Origin: Pelomyxa schiedti
Lineage: Eukaryota; Protista; Evosea
Direction of reading: 5' to 3'
DNA: 64,000 nucleotides
NCBI GenBank assembly: GCA_020536535.1
Contig: JAHLWZ010000601.1
Location: 12,890 to 76,889, forward strand
Position numbers and translations under genes: made by a program. Shown here piece by piece: positions 38,501-52,424 of the stretch. A model generated the notes under the pieces. It saw nothing but the letters and a program-made list of their open reading frames with translations, was not told where the DNA came from and did not search any database. Position 1 is the first letter of the stretch; the number at the start of each line of letters is the position of its first letter.

Positions 38501-39177
38501 TTGTTTCACAACCCTCAATGGCAAACATAGATTGCAAAGCTTCTGTACTTTGCTGGAAACACCAAGCAGGTGGGATCCCAATTGTGTTTGATGCCGGGTG
38601 ACGCTCCACCCACATCATACACCTCAGATAACTGCATCCCCCTCTCGACGATTGTTACCCAGCTTGCCAGCGACTCGGTCCTGCCCATTGTTATCATTGA
38701 CGCCTACCGGCGTGGGGATGTGTGCCATGTTTTTGCACCCTGGCCCACTGTTTTTCTCAGACTTAACTAATAGGAGAATGAATCTGGCAACGAAAGTGAA
38801 CCTGTGCAACTTGTAGAACAATTGGGCTTGCATACAGTGGCCACATCGTGCGGGATTTATGTTGTTTGCTGTGTGAGTCCTCAAGGTATGAGAATGTGGC
38901 CCTCTTGCCTCTGACACATGCGCAATCTTACAGACCGTGATGGACGACAAACAACAATGAAGAAACTTTTCACCACACGCCTTCTTGAAGGTGCTTTTCT
39001 CGTTACACGAACTTTTCCTTACTCTCGACAGGTATGAAGGGTGCCAGGGATTCTGGAATAACAGGGACACCCTTTGATGATTTTGTTGGGCAAGCCAGTG
39101 AAGCTGTGCAGTACGACTCCAATGGAACCATCTGCCCTGTGATCTTTGATTCTACAGAGCCATTTGCCCTTTTCTGA
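35530..39177 (+). CDS. Ankyrin-repeat + inactive caspase-like domain protein with a 24-microexon array
   Basis: Exons: 35530-35638; 35683-35771 (TPLHCATILGYTSTVKWLLENKADVNLT); 24 microexons; 37600-37680 (TTLNIACILRHKGIMELLL). Later exons give ALIIG, CSFDV, LLYFAGNT..LCLMPGDA, IVIIDAYR, LFTTRLL and GTPFDDFV...PFALF*, with TGA at 39175-39177. Confidence 0.8.
35772..37599 (+). other. Array of 24 phase-0 microexons (20 x 3 nt, 2 x 9 nt, 1 x 15 nt, 1 x 6 nt) separated by 25 GT-AG introns of 42-111 nt
   Basis: Repeated [C/T/A]AG|NNN|GT units, 16 of 24 with a GTATG donor, at regular spacing; no stop codon among them. Confidence 0.8.
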
Positions 39178-39288
39178 AAAACCAGTGCCTAAGTGGCTGA
39201 ATAAAATAATCGAACGCAACTGGTGTTTATTTTATTATTGTACCAAGTGAGGAGAATGCATAAAGTAAACAATTCAGTTTTCCTCCAC

Positions 39289-41969
<2,681 letters not shown>

Positions 41970-43358
41970 CTAGTGCGCAGTACTATGATGCCTTACGCAC
42001 CCACAATTCACTCGCGTAGTCGCTTCGCTTATTTACACTGACCCTAACCCCCCAACGCAACACAAACTTCAAGATCTTGCTCTTGTGGTTTGTTGTGTCG
42101 TACTCCTCGTTGGTTGGTACTTTCCTCCCTCGCTAAGCCGATAGTTGAAGGTTTTGATTTTTTTTGTTTTTGTTTTCGGTTTTAGGGCGGGGTGTTGGGG
42201 GGTTTTTCTAGTTGTTTGTTGGTGGCCTTGGCGATGTTATTCAGTAGTGTTGTGTGGGTTGGTTTTTGATGATGGGTGTTGCTGTGGGTGGTGGTTGCTT
42301 TGTTTAATTTGAAAAAATCGACGTTGTTTGATCTTGTGGTTGTTTCACACAAAAAGGACAAATTGGAGAGTACTTTTTTGGGGAGTGCGGCCTTGTTTAA
42401 AATAGAAACAGTTTGACCGATTTCTTTTCACGTGAAAAGAGGTGACATGGCGTTGTTGTGCACTCTGGTGGTTTGTTTTTTTTTGGGGGGGAGTGTGGTT
42501 TGTGTTTGGCTATAATTATACCCGCCAGCCAGAATAACGGCAATACAAGGCAGCATTCTCTCTCAAAGTAACTAACGCAAGAGCATTTGATGGATTGTAT
42601 CAGGCTTCTATGTTACAGTGAGTGCGGTAAAGCAGCACCATCAGGAATATGGGATTTGAATCAAAGCACTGCACCGGTCTAACCTACTTCTATCTCACAC
42701 CTTCTATTACATATGAATGAAAATGTATGGTGGAATGAAGTAAAATTACCTGCTCTTGCAACGCAAAGTAAAATCTACCCAGGTATTCATCACAAAAAGT
42801 AAGACGGTGCCAACAAGTTATATCACGTTGCTGTTGTGAGCCACGGAATACCCACACCGGCTAGTATTTACGTAGTATTTTCTTAGTTTACTGAAATGCA
42901 GTTCTGTGCATCTAATGCTAGTTACAAAATAGAAGATATGCTCCTCAATGTCATTTCCACGAGCATTAAAGTTTCGCTGTTTGGGTTTTCTTTTGCACGT
43001 CTGACAAAGTACGGTGCCTCGGAGGTAAAGGACCTTAATTCCGGAATTAAGGAAAGGAAATGTCTCTAGTGACGTATTCGCATGATCCTGATGTTTTTCG
43101 TAACACAATGAGATGTGCCGCCTCGTAGTCAAGAAAAAAAAAAAAACCACGAACAAGAGTGGGACTGTGGGCCGGTATCTTTGTCTTGTCAAACACGAGA
43201 AAAGTTGGCAGCACTCCCCTGCGCACGGAAAAACGACGTGTCGTTTCGTGTTTTCTTTTGTTTTTTCCGAGATCTTGCTTGTGATTTTTTCAGATTATCG
43301 TCCGTGTGCAGTGGACCACGTGTGGCCAATGGGTTGGTGTGGGTGCCGGGTATGGACG

Positions 43359-46300
43359 ATGTGGAGATCTTTGCTGGTTGTTTGCGGCATCGCGTTGTTT
43401 GGCATCAACGTGTGGGTGCTGTGGCGTTGCGGGCCGGGTCCCTCGAACCAGCGCGTAATTGTCATGGTCAACGCCACTGTCCCGGTTGCTCCCTCCAGCG
43501 GCCTCGATTCTGACACCGCGATGTGCGCCAACAGCGCCGACGTGATCTACAAGTCCTTTTCCAACCTCACACCGGGAACACAGGTTTTTTTTTTTCACTT
43601 TTTTTCCCTTTTTTTCTTTCACCGTATCGTTGCCCTTCTGATATTTTTATTGAAGGTTCTGCACGTGGTATGCCTCGCGGAAATTGTTGTATTCAACAAC
43701 TTAATGCACGTAGATTTCTCATACCCATTGGGATAGAGAGTGGTACCTCCCAATAGAGTCACAGAGAAGTAAGCTGGTTCACGTGATTGATACAGTACTT
43801 GAAGCTGCCCAAGCCAGCCTAAATTCCTCTGCCCCTGTGCCTATCAGTGTATTTCGGAGCTTTCTTTTTGATGGCCAAGTTCTTCCGCTACTGGACTACC
43901 TCGAGGTATGACCTAACAAATGCCACTCTTGTTATTGACGTGGTTTTGGCACAATAGGTGAGACCAAAGGCAGCAATTTTACTGTCCACTCTAGCCCAAT
44001 GCAGTAGAATATCTATTGGTTTTCACTCTGAAAAGTGCTAAGCCCGTCTAACATGTGTTTCTCAGGACCAATGTATATTCAACCTGACGAATTTCTTGTT
44101 TCTGGAGAATCTCTTGTCCGCAATTTTCTTTTTGGTTCACAATGGAGTTCAGAGCTAGTGGGGAATCAAGCAGCTATGTCAAAAGTGGCTTACCTGATAG
44201 ATTCGTTTGGGCATACCTCTCAGATGCCCCAGATTGCGCAGGGCTTTGGAATTGACAGTATAATTGTAATGAGAGGATTGCGTCCCTCCGTTCCCTCAGA
44301 ATCTCTTTGGAGGTCTCCTGATGGCTCTGCTGCCCTCCTTATTCGCTCCAAGTACTGTAGTGTACGGTGATAATTCCCATTTTACTGTATCCAGAGCAAA
44401 GAAGTACTAATTTTTTGTAGATGGGTGGAACTCCCAACCCACGTAGTCCCGACGATGTTTATCAATGGTTTTCTGAGAAGATTGAGAAACAGCCACAACA
44501 TGTCACACCCCATCTTCTAGGACTGAATGGTTGTGACCACACTGCACTTGACCCTTATGTACTGGATGGAATACATACAGCCAATACACACAACGGAGGT
44601 ATCAGTGGCGTGACAGTGACACATTCAAACATTGATGCATACACGAGGCTGGTGTGGGACTGGCTGAAAAGCACACAAGGTCACTTACCTTCAATGGGAC
44701 TTTCTGTAGTTGAAGGCGAACTCACGCACAGCATCTCAAGTAAGATTGTCACCCTCTTCCGGCTAGTTCTCAAAAGAAACAGAATTGGTGGGAACGTGGA
44801 CCATCATGCCAAACCAGAAGCGGCAAAACTGGGAATGCGAAGGTTAGACTCACAATTCCCTTGCTTTCATCAATGGCGTTACAGCTCTTCTAACAAAATG
44901 GGCTGAGCCTTTTCTTTCCTGGGCAAGTGTGATTTCAACAGGTCACACCTATGACCACGACCGCGTCAACTATGCCTGGAAGTTACTTCTACAAAATCAC
45001 CCCCATGATACAATATGTGGGTGCAATGTACCAGCTGTTCATTCGGAAGTTGACAATAGGCTTATGAAATGTAAACAGTTTACAGCACAACTCACTGACG
45101 AAGCGCTTATCAATGTCATCAACCATATCGACTTCACGATACAGCATGAAAATGATAGTAACCATAATATCACAGTTCCTGTAGTCGTGTTTAATGCACT
45201 ACCGTTTCCTCGGAAAGATGTACCTGTGGTTGTTTCTGTGGACTTTGACCCTATGTCCACCTTCTTTGATCATTTCAGTCCTCCCATAATTCGTGTCCTT
45301 GATTGGAATGGGAATATTGTTCCCTCACAAATTCTACAGAATATGGGATTGACCTGGGACTATATGCTTCCAGACCTTGGTTTCAGAAAACCGTTTTCTG
45401 CCCAGAGAAGGCTAGTTCTATTTTCTGCCACAGTCCCTTCATTGGGATATTCGTCATACACTTTCGAGCTCGTTCCGAGGGACATTCCAGCACACAATAG
45501 AACATATTTCCTTGGTAACACCAAAGGTTATGAACCAAACCAAACTTTTGTGGACCCTCCGTTTATATGTGACCAATCTGGCATCCCGTACTTTTCCGAG
45601 ACCATTGGTGTACTGGATAATGGGCTAGTGCACATACGCGTGCTAAAGAATGGTGAAGTTGATATTTTTGACTTGGATACCACCGAGTGTTACACCGGAC
45701 TGAATTACATTATTTTCGAGGGCGATGAAGGAAGCGAATATGAGTTTATTTCAAGTAGCACAAGGACATTCAATCTAGTTAATGCCAGAATCGTTTACCA
45801 GCACTCCAATTCTATTTTATCACAAATTACTGTCGAGGCTGATGCTTTTTCCAACGAGTCTCCAAACCCAAGGACCACATTTACCATCTGTTATGTATTG
45901 TTCAGCAATTCCCACCACCTTGGAGTTCGTGTATCGCTTACCAACAGATTGCATAATACCAGAGTTCGAGCCAAATTCCCAATCCCTGCTTATTCGGAGG
46001 TGATGGCAGGATCAGCTTTTGACTTTGTAAACAGGTGAGTTTTTGTTTTTCGCAGTTATTTGACTTACTATGGCAGAACTTGGCACCTTGGCCCACAATC
46101 ACTGCAAGGTATGATAGATTGCTATTCACCCAGTACAAGATCTGGAATTGCCCTTGTTAGTAAAGGCCTATATGAATATGAAGTTTCAGGTCTCTCAGTT
46201 GAATTGACACTATTCCGGTATACTGTCATTAGTCTCTTTTAGTTTTCATGGTCTCTAATCTCTTTTCTAAATAGTTCTGTTGGGGAAATGCAAGATTGGG

Positions 46301-47010
46301 GACAGTTTTTCACCCCATCTGCTCAAAATGATGGAACCATTCTTGCATTCGAGTACGCGATTTTTCCCCATCAACACCCTATTTTTGGCGCTGGGGCACT
46401 GCAGTCGCAACTCATCGAGGAATTCTTTTCATTTCTATCACCACCAGCAGCCACCCAAGCCCGCATTTTCACTGGGCGGACTCTTTCGCACCCAATCGTT
46501 GATCTTTCCATCACCGGCTCACTCTTCTCGTGCGTTTGCGAGCCTCTTCCATCCACCAAGACTTCCCGAATCATAGCACCGCCTCTAACCAAGCTGTGGC
46601 CTCCTCAGCCCCGTACCGGACCCACACTTCCCCCAACCATGTCATTCCTCACAATCAAACCCTCCAACTTAGTCCTCTCCGCCATCAAAGGCTCTCCCTC
46701 CTCAGCCGGCATCAACAGCAACAGCAACGGGAGCAATAACACCAACTCTCACAGCACCATTCTAGTGCGAGTGTACAACCCCTTGTCATTTGACCTCGCC
46801 GGGTCCATTCACCTGGGCTGCGGGCTCTCGCTCGCCTCCGTTGAGAAGTGCTCACTCAACGAAACGTGCTACCCAAGCCCAGACACTCCGCCAAAGGAAA
46901 CCCCTGTGCCCCCCTCTCAATGCCATCAACCCTCGTTCTCCTTTTCCTTCCCGGCACCCGCCAAGAAAATCCTTACATGGAAACTGCAACTGAAGTACAT
47001 AGACCAGTAG
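43359..47010 (+). CDS. Glycoside hydrolase family 38 alpha-mannosidase with an N-terminal signal/membrane anchor
   Basis: Spliced motifs ISHTHWDREWY, FDGQ, QPDEFLVSGESLVRN, DSFGH, NGCDH and QNHPHDTICGC; hydrophobic N-terminus MWRSLLVVCGIALFGINVWVLW. Confidence 0.9.
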
Positions 47011-47159
47011 TACCCAATTGAAAGAACCCAATGTTTTTTACTAGAGTTGATAGAAAAAATGATGGTTTAACACAGCACAAGGGGAGGGAATAAAGAGGCC
47101 AAAAAGTTTTGTTTTTTAGTTTTTTTTTTCTATTCACGGAGGTAACAAGGAGGAGTGGT

Positions 47160-48249
47160 TTAGATGATTCCGATCTTGTTGGCAACGTCGAGAGCATCGA
47201 ACTCGTGGGTGAGTCTGACATAGGCCTTCTTCCTGCCGTCAGGTGTGATGAGTGTGTTGACTTTCATGCACCGTATGTCGTACAACTTCTCAACAGCTCG
47301 CTTGATTTGTGGCTTGTTTGCCCTGTTATTTATTACATGGTTAGAAAATGACCGGGTAGGAGGAATTAGTATAATGTAGTTAGTTGCTAAGTAATTGATT
47401 ATTGCGTGAATGCGGCGACGTGTTAGGGAGGAATGGAGTCGGGGAATTACTTGATGTCAGTGATGAACACGAGAGTGTTGTTGTCCTCAATCTTCTTCAT
47501 TGCGCTCTCGGTGGTAAGTGGGTGCTTGATAATGGCGTGGTTATCCATTCTGTTTCTGCCGGGGGTACTCTTGCGTGGGTACTTGGGGTTCTTTGGTGAT
47601 TTAATGGTTCGGGGCCTGTAAATGAGTCACAAGGTGTTTCGGCTTGTAGCTATGAAGTTGGGCATACTTGTGCCAGTGGACGGAGTGCATCCACTTCTGT
47701 TTCTTGGCAACAAGGGAGTGTGCGCCCCTTGTTTGCGCCTTGGCTGCCTGTTGTGCCTTGCCAACCTGAGCCTTCTTGGTTGGTGCCTTCTTGATGAGTG
47801 TTTTCTTGGTGACAACTTTAGGAGCCTTGGTCTTTGTTGAAGCCAACTTTGATTTCTTCGCTGTGGAGCGATGATGAGTGTTACACCACAATGAAACGAT
47901 TTCATGATGCCGAAGCCTTTCAGCTTCGTAGTTGGTGCTTTGTGTTGTTCGCGAGAAATGTGGTTGGTAACGGAAACTACACATACCGACTGGCTTCACG
48001 GCCTTCTTCGCGGGCTTCTTTGCTGCGGCCTGCTTCTTGGGGGCAGCGGGCTTTGGCGTGGCCTCTAATTATTCAAACGAAAAATGAGTTACGCGTGGCA
48101 ACGAAGGTACGGTGTTTTTAAAAACACGAAACGGCGATACGAAAGGAAACGAGAGATCTACGACGCAAAACGTAGCGAGACGACACGCAAAACAACGACA
48201 ACGAACGGGGGGATAAAACGCGGCGTGTTGACGCACCCTTGGTCGACAT
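47160..48249 (-). CDS. RPL23A: 60S ribosomal protein uL23 (L23a/L25) with a K/A/P-rich N-terminal extension
   Basis: KYPRKS...[23 protein letters not shown]...[18 protein letters not shown]...[12 protein letters not shown]; multi-exon. Confidence 0.95.
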
Positions 48250-48529
48250 GAATGACGTTACTTGTCGGCGGTCGCCTGGTTTTGGTGTCACAGGGGAAAA
48301 AAAAGAACAAAAAAAATGATTTCTTTTCTTTTCTTTATTATATGCGTAAGGATCACTCCGCAACTGCAATTAGCAACACCGAGGAGATAAAACTCCCTAT
48401 TCGGGACAGATAGCTTTTCTATCGGGGATGAAACAAAGCACAAGACTAGAAAACGAGTCTTGATAAAAACTTTTTCCTATGTTATTAGTGTATGCTTTAG
48501 GCTAACTGGAGTCACAGCAAATAGGAGGT

Positions 48530-51500
48530 CTATTGGAAAACCACAACAATGGCTGTGGTGTTGTCAGTGAGGCCACTTTCTTCAGCAATGCAGTGTGCAA
48601 ATGTCTCAATGGAGGAGTCATTGAACCCCGGGTTGGATGTCAGAAGCCCAGCAATGCGACCAACAACTTCCTCATTTGTCTGGTTGTCCCACAGCCCATC
48701 ACATCCTAGTACCATGAACCAGTCCTGTTTAGATTTTGTTTGAGTTGTTATGAACTTGAAAGAGGAGGAACGCGTACATCTGGAGTGATTTCATGAACAG
48801 TGACTTCAGGCACTGGAGTAACCGCTTGCATTTCGGGAGGAAGGTGTCCTTGTTTGAAGTCAAAGTCTCCAATGGCCCGAGACACTCCCAGTCTGGGTTT
48901 TTCCCTTTAATAAATTGAAAAGCTGTACAACTCCTACCTTCCATTTACCCGGTGTAGTGTGGTTGGTGGTTTTCCTCCTCCATTTTGAATTACTTCGGCA
49001 ATCACACTGCAACCTGGCATAAATTGTAAGTCAAAGTGCACGCAAGGGAAAGAAAACAAACCGGCGTTCCGTATTCTCTGTGTCTCTTGTGGAAGTCCGG
49101 GTTTATGATCATTGGTAAGTGCAACAGCTTGCCTGCTTCTCTTCCCCAGTACACACCTGCAGTCACCTGTACATGCGTTAAAATTGTGTTTCTTTCAACG
49201 TGACCAATACCTGCATTAGCTAATGTAAGGGTATTATTACAGAGTACAACAACAAGAGCTGTGCTGCCACATCCTCCTGGTGTCACCTAATTTCTGAAAT
49301 CAGAATGTGGACTACTGGAACAAACAAAACAACTTTCTTGAACGCCGCGTCCGTATTACAGAATGTGGATATAAGTGCTGCTTTTTTATCGGTTTCAAAT
49401 TTGGGATCCTTAGTTAGGAGACTGTAAACGTTCCTAACACAGTATTCAGAAGCTATGTGTCCCCCATGTCCATCAAATATTGCAAAGTAATGTGTTTCCT
49501 TGGAAAGATTCAGCAAAAAAGAATCAATTACTGAAGGAATACTTGTTCAATAGAGGGAGGTAGAGTCCAGTGGGTCATTTTACTGAAGAAGTCTCGGTAA
49601 TAAGGCTTCCCAGCAGGTGTTTTATCTGGTACCCAACCTGACGGAGTCTATGGAAAATTAGGAGGGGAAGGAGATAAGAGTGAACCTTGAAACTGGAATT
49701 CGGGAAGGGGCTAATTATCAGAAATCGGTCTTCTTGTGTTGGGTGGGGACCCTGCAGGCTAGCGCCACCCAGTGCTTTGATGGCAGTTTTTGGAGGAGCT
49801 AATGCAATTTTAGGGCATTAGATGATTTTTGTTGCTAACCTGTGGATGAGGGATTTGGAGTCTTGGAACTTGCTGTCTTTGTTATTGTTTAGGGCATAGC
49901 AGTATGTAAGATTATGTAGGATTAACCTTAGGGGTTACAAGACAAGCTGAACTACTACTCAAAGGAATGTGAGGTGCAGTAGAGAGGTTTAAGGATGAAT
50001 TTGCAGTTGAGGGCTTTGTATTGGCAAGTAGTGATTCTGTGGATTTTGTTGAATGGGTGGAGGGTGTTTCTTTTGTGGAAAGATGGGGTTGGGAGGCGGC
50101 ATGCACAGGTGCACTTTTCCTATGTGAAATAACTTCTGCAGAAGGTGATTTGTTAAGTTGCGGTTTAGTTGTAATTGAGGGTGTTGATGCAGTTAAAGCA
50201 GTCTTTTCTAGTTTTCTTGAGTCACTAGGGGGTTTTGTTGAAGATGCTTTCAATGGTGAGATGGTGGTTGTGAGTACTGGTGAGGCTGGGGAGGGCACGT
50301 GCACAGCCTCCTGTGGAGTTGGTGGTTGTGGTGTTGGAGTGATTGCACGCTCCAGAGGAGGGAGTGCTTCTGATGTAGGCACCGAGGCAGGTATAGGAGT
50401 TGGTGAAGAAGGTTGCGCAGTGTTTGGAGAAGCGGAGCGGATAGGTGTAGGAGCCCGTGTAGGTGTTACGGTTGGAGTTGAGACAGTGGGTGTGGGGGTT
50501 GCAGGGAGTGCCTGTGTGGTGGATGAGGGTGTTTGAGAAGGAAGGAGAGGAGCCGTGACGGAACGTGTAAGTACTGCTGAAGTGGATGGAGTAGCCATGG
50601 ACTCCCATAAAGTTTGACCCGAACGGGCATTAGGGAGCATCTTGGCTGATCCAGGAAGAGGCCCTTTACGACTTTGTTCTTTTAGAAAGGAAATATACTT
50701 TCAAGAAATTGGATGAAACCTGGTCCCCGGAAGTACTTTAGAAGTAGGTGACTATATAGATGTCAAATGAATTGTAAAAATGTGGAAATAAGAAATACAG
50801 GAGGAAACAGGGAATTGTAATGGTCTATGCAGTATCTGCAGAGTAATGCAACCTGAGCATCACTTACGGGACTGCGAGCATGTGGATCACGGTTTTTCAA
50901 AATAATGGGGCCAAAAATTGTGCCCAAAGCGACACTGTCCATTTTGTTTACCTTTGAATTGGAAATAACCTATTGGACAGTGAAATTGTGCGGTTATGTG
51001 TACTTATATATTATGAAATTATTGTTTGGGTACTGTGTTCATTGTACATAAACAAAGAATTCCAAAAGAAACTGCAACGAGGCAAGGTTTCCTGAAGGAA
51101 GCCTGGATACTGCTGTCTTAAGTGGTTGGAGATATCCAACTTCTTGCACTTAAAAATTATTAGAATAGAACAAAGTTTTCATAAAATGCCACTCACTTGA
51201 CAGGTCAATAAATGGTTCATATAAATTAAAAGTCAGAAGAGGGTCTGGTAGAGAGTCCAAGTAGAGAATCAAAAGAGACGCGGCAGTGTGGATATCCGCA
51301 ACCGGATCACCTTGGAGAGTCGGGTCAAAAAACATTGACTGGACTTTTTCTGTGTACCCTGCTCAATAATAATTTTTGCACTTGCAAGTGTTGCCTCCGG
51401 AACTCTGACCTTAAAAATGTTTTCTATGGAGGCCGCTATCGTTTTGTTGAGTCATTGTGAGGTACGGAGTAAGACTTTACCATTGGCAGAACGCAGCCCA

Positions 51501-52372
51501 TCAATGAGAAGACGCAAAGGAGGAGGGAGTGTACCACCTCCTTGTGATATTGCCAGATCAATGGGAATACCAAAGAGATAACCGTTGGTGGAAACAGGCG
51601 GTGAAACAGGCGGTGAAACAGTCCTCGAAATGGGGGGCGTAGAGGTGCTGCGGACGAGTTCAGGAGATTTTGCACTCGGGATTGCTTGAAGGAGTAAATG
51701 AAAGGACAAGATGAAGAAAATGGTACATTCTCCTACGGCGGATGTCAATGCTGCAAGCCACAATCGAGATTGTGCAGCAGTCACAAACCCAAGAGTGGCC
51801 TCGCTGAATAGGGACCTTTTAGTGGCGTTTCCTGGTGGAGTCAAAACTATCCCAAAAAGGGGTTTGATTGTGTGCACTTCCTGGGCAAATATACAAGGGA
51901 AGGATTAAGCACAAGAAAAGATATGTTTTTAAATACTTGGACATTCCAGCCAGCTAATGCCATGGAAATCTCAAATCCGTCCCCGTCATTCTACAAATTT
52001 TCAGTTACGAGAAAAGAGTGAGTACAGGGAATGCATAGAATACCCCTGTCATTGTTAGAGTGCCAGTCTCGGTCAAGACGCAGTCCATGGGAACAAACCC
52101 CGTGTCAGACGCAGTTCGGACTTGCGCTCTCGCCTTCAATTGACTCTATCAAAAAACAAATACAGTGAGGACGCAGACACTATTTGAAGGAGAGATCTCG
52201 TTGCATGTGTAGAGTTTGTCGTCGCTGTCTGTTCATCTACGCCAAATTGCATCGACATACCATCGACCCTTCGTAGATCTTCTGTTTGTTTTTATTTTTA
52301 TTGTCTTGTTTCTGCTCATGGTCGTTTTCGGCCAATCATCACAATGGAAATCACTTCGTGTTTAGTTGACAT
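48530..52372 (-). CDS. PH-like / RhoGAP-like / Pro-rich / PP2C phosphatase fusion with a WW domain inserted in the PP2C domain
   Basis: RhoGAP: LFGIPI, DIHTAASLL..LPDPLLTF, NKMDSVALGTIFGP. PP2C: LQGPHPTQED, FDGHGG, GSTA, NAGDCR, DHKP, RAIGD, CDGLWD, DNTT. WW: GWVPDKTPAGKPYYRDFFSKMTHWTLP. The WW-PP2C junctions splice in frame; start codon tentative. Confidence 0.75.
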
Positions 52373-52424
52373 GTTGATGGTGCAGGCAATCAAATCATCA
52401 AAAAACAAAAACGAGACGAAACAA

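Noticed and set aside
42818-43110. Zinc-finger-like fragment (VLCQTCK...DIEEH) possibly from a DNA transposon
   Set aside because: Short and degenerate, with no catalytic domain or termini.
47330-48236. Longer-than-usual RPL23A introns as snoRNA hosts
   Set aside because: No clear C/D or H/ACA boxes on the sense strand.
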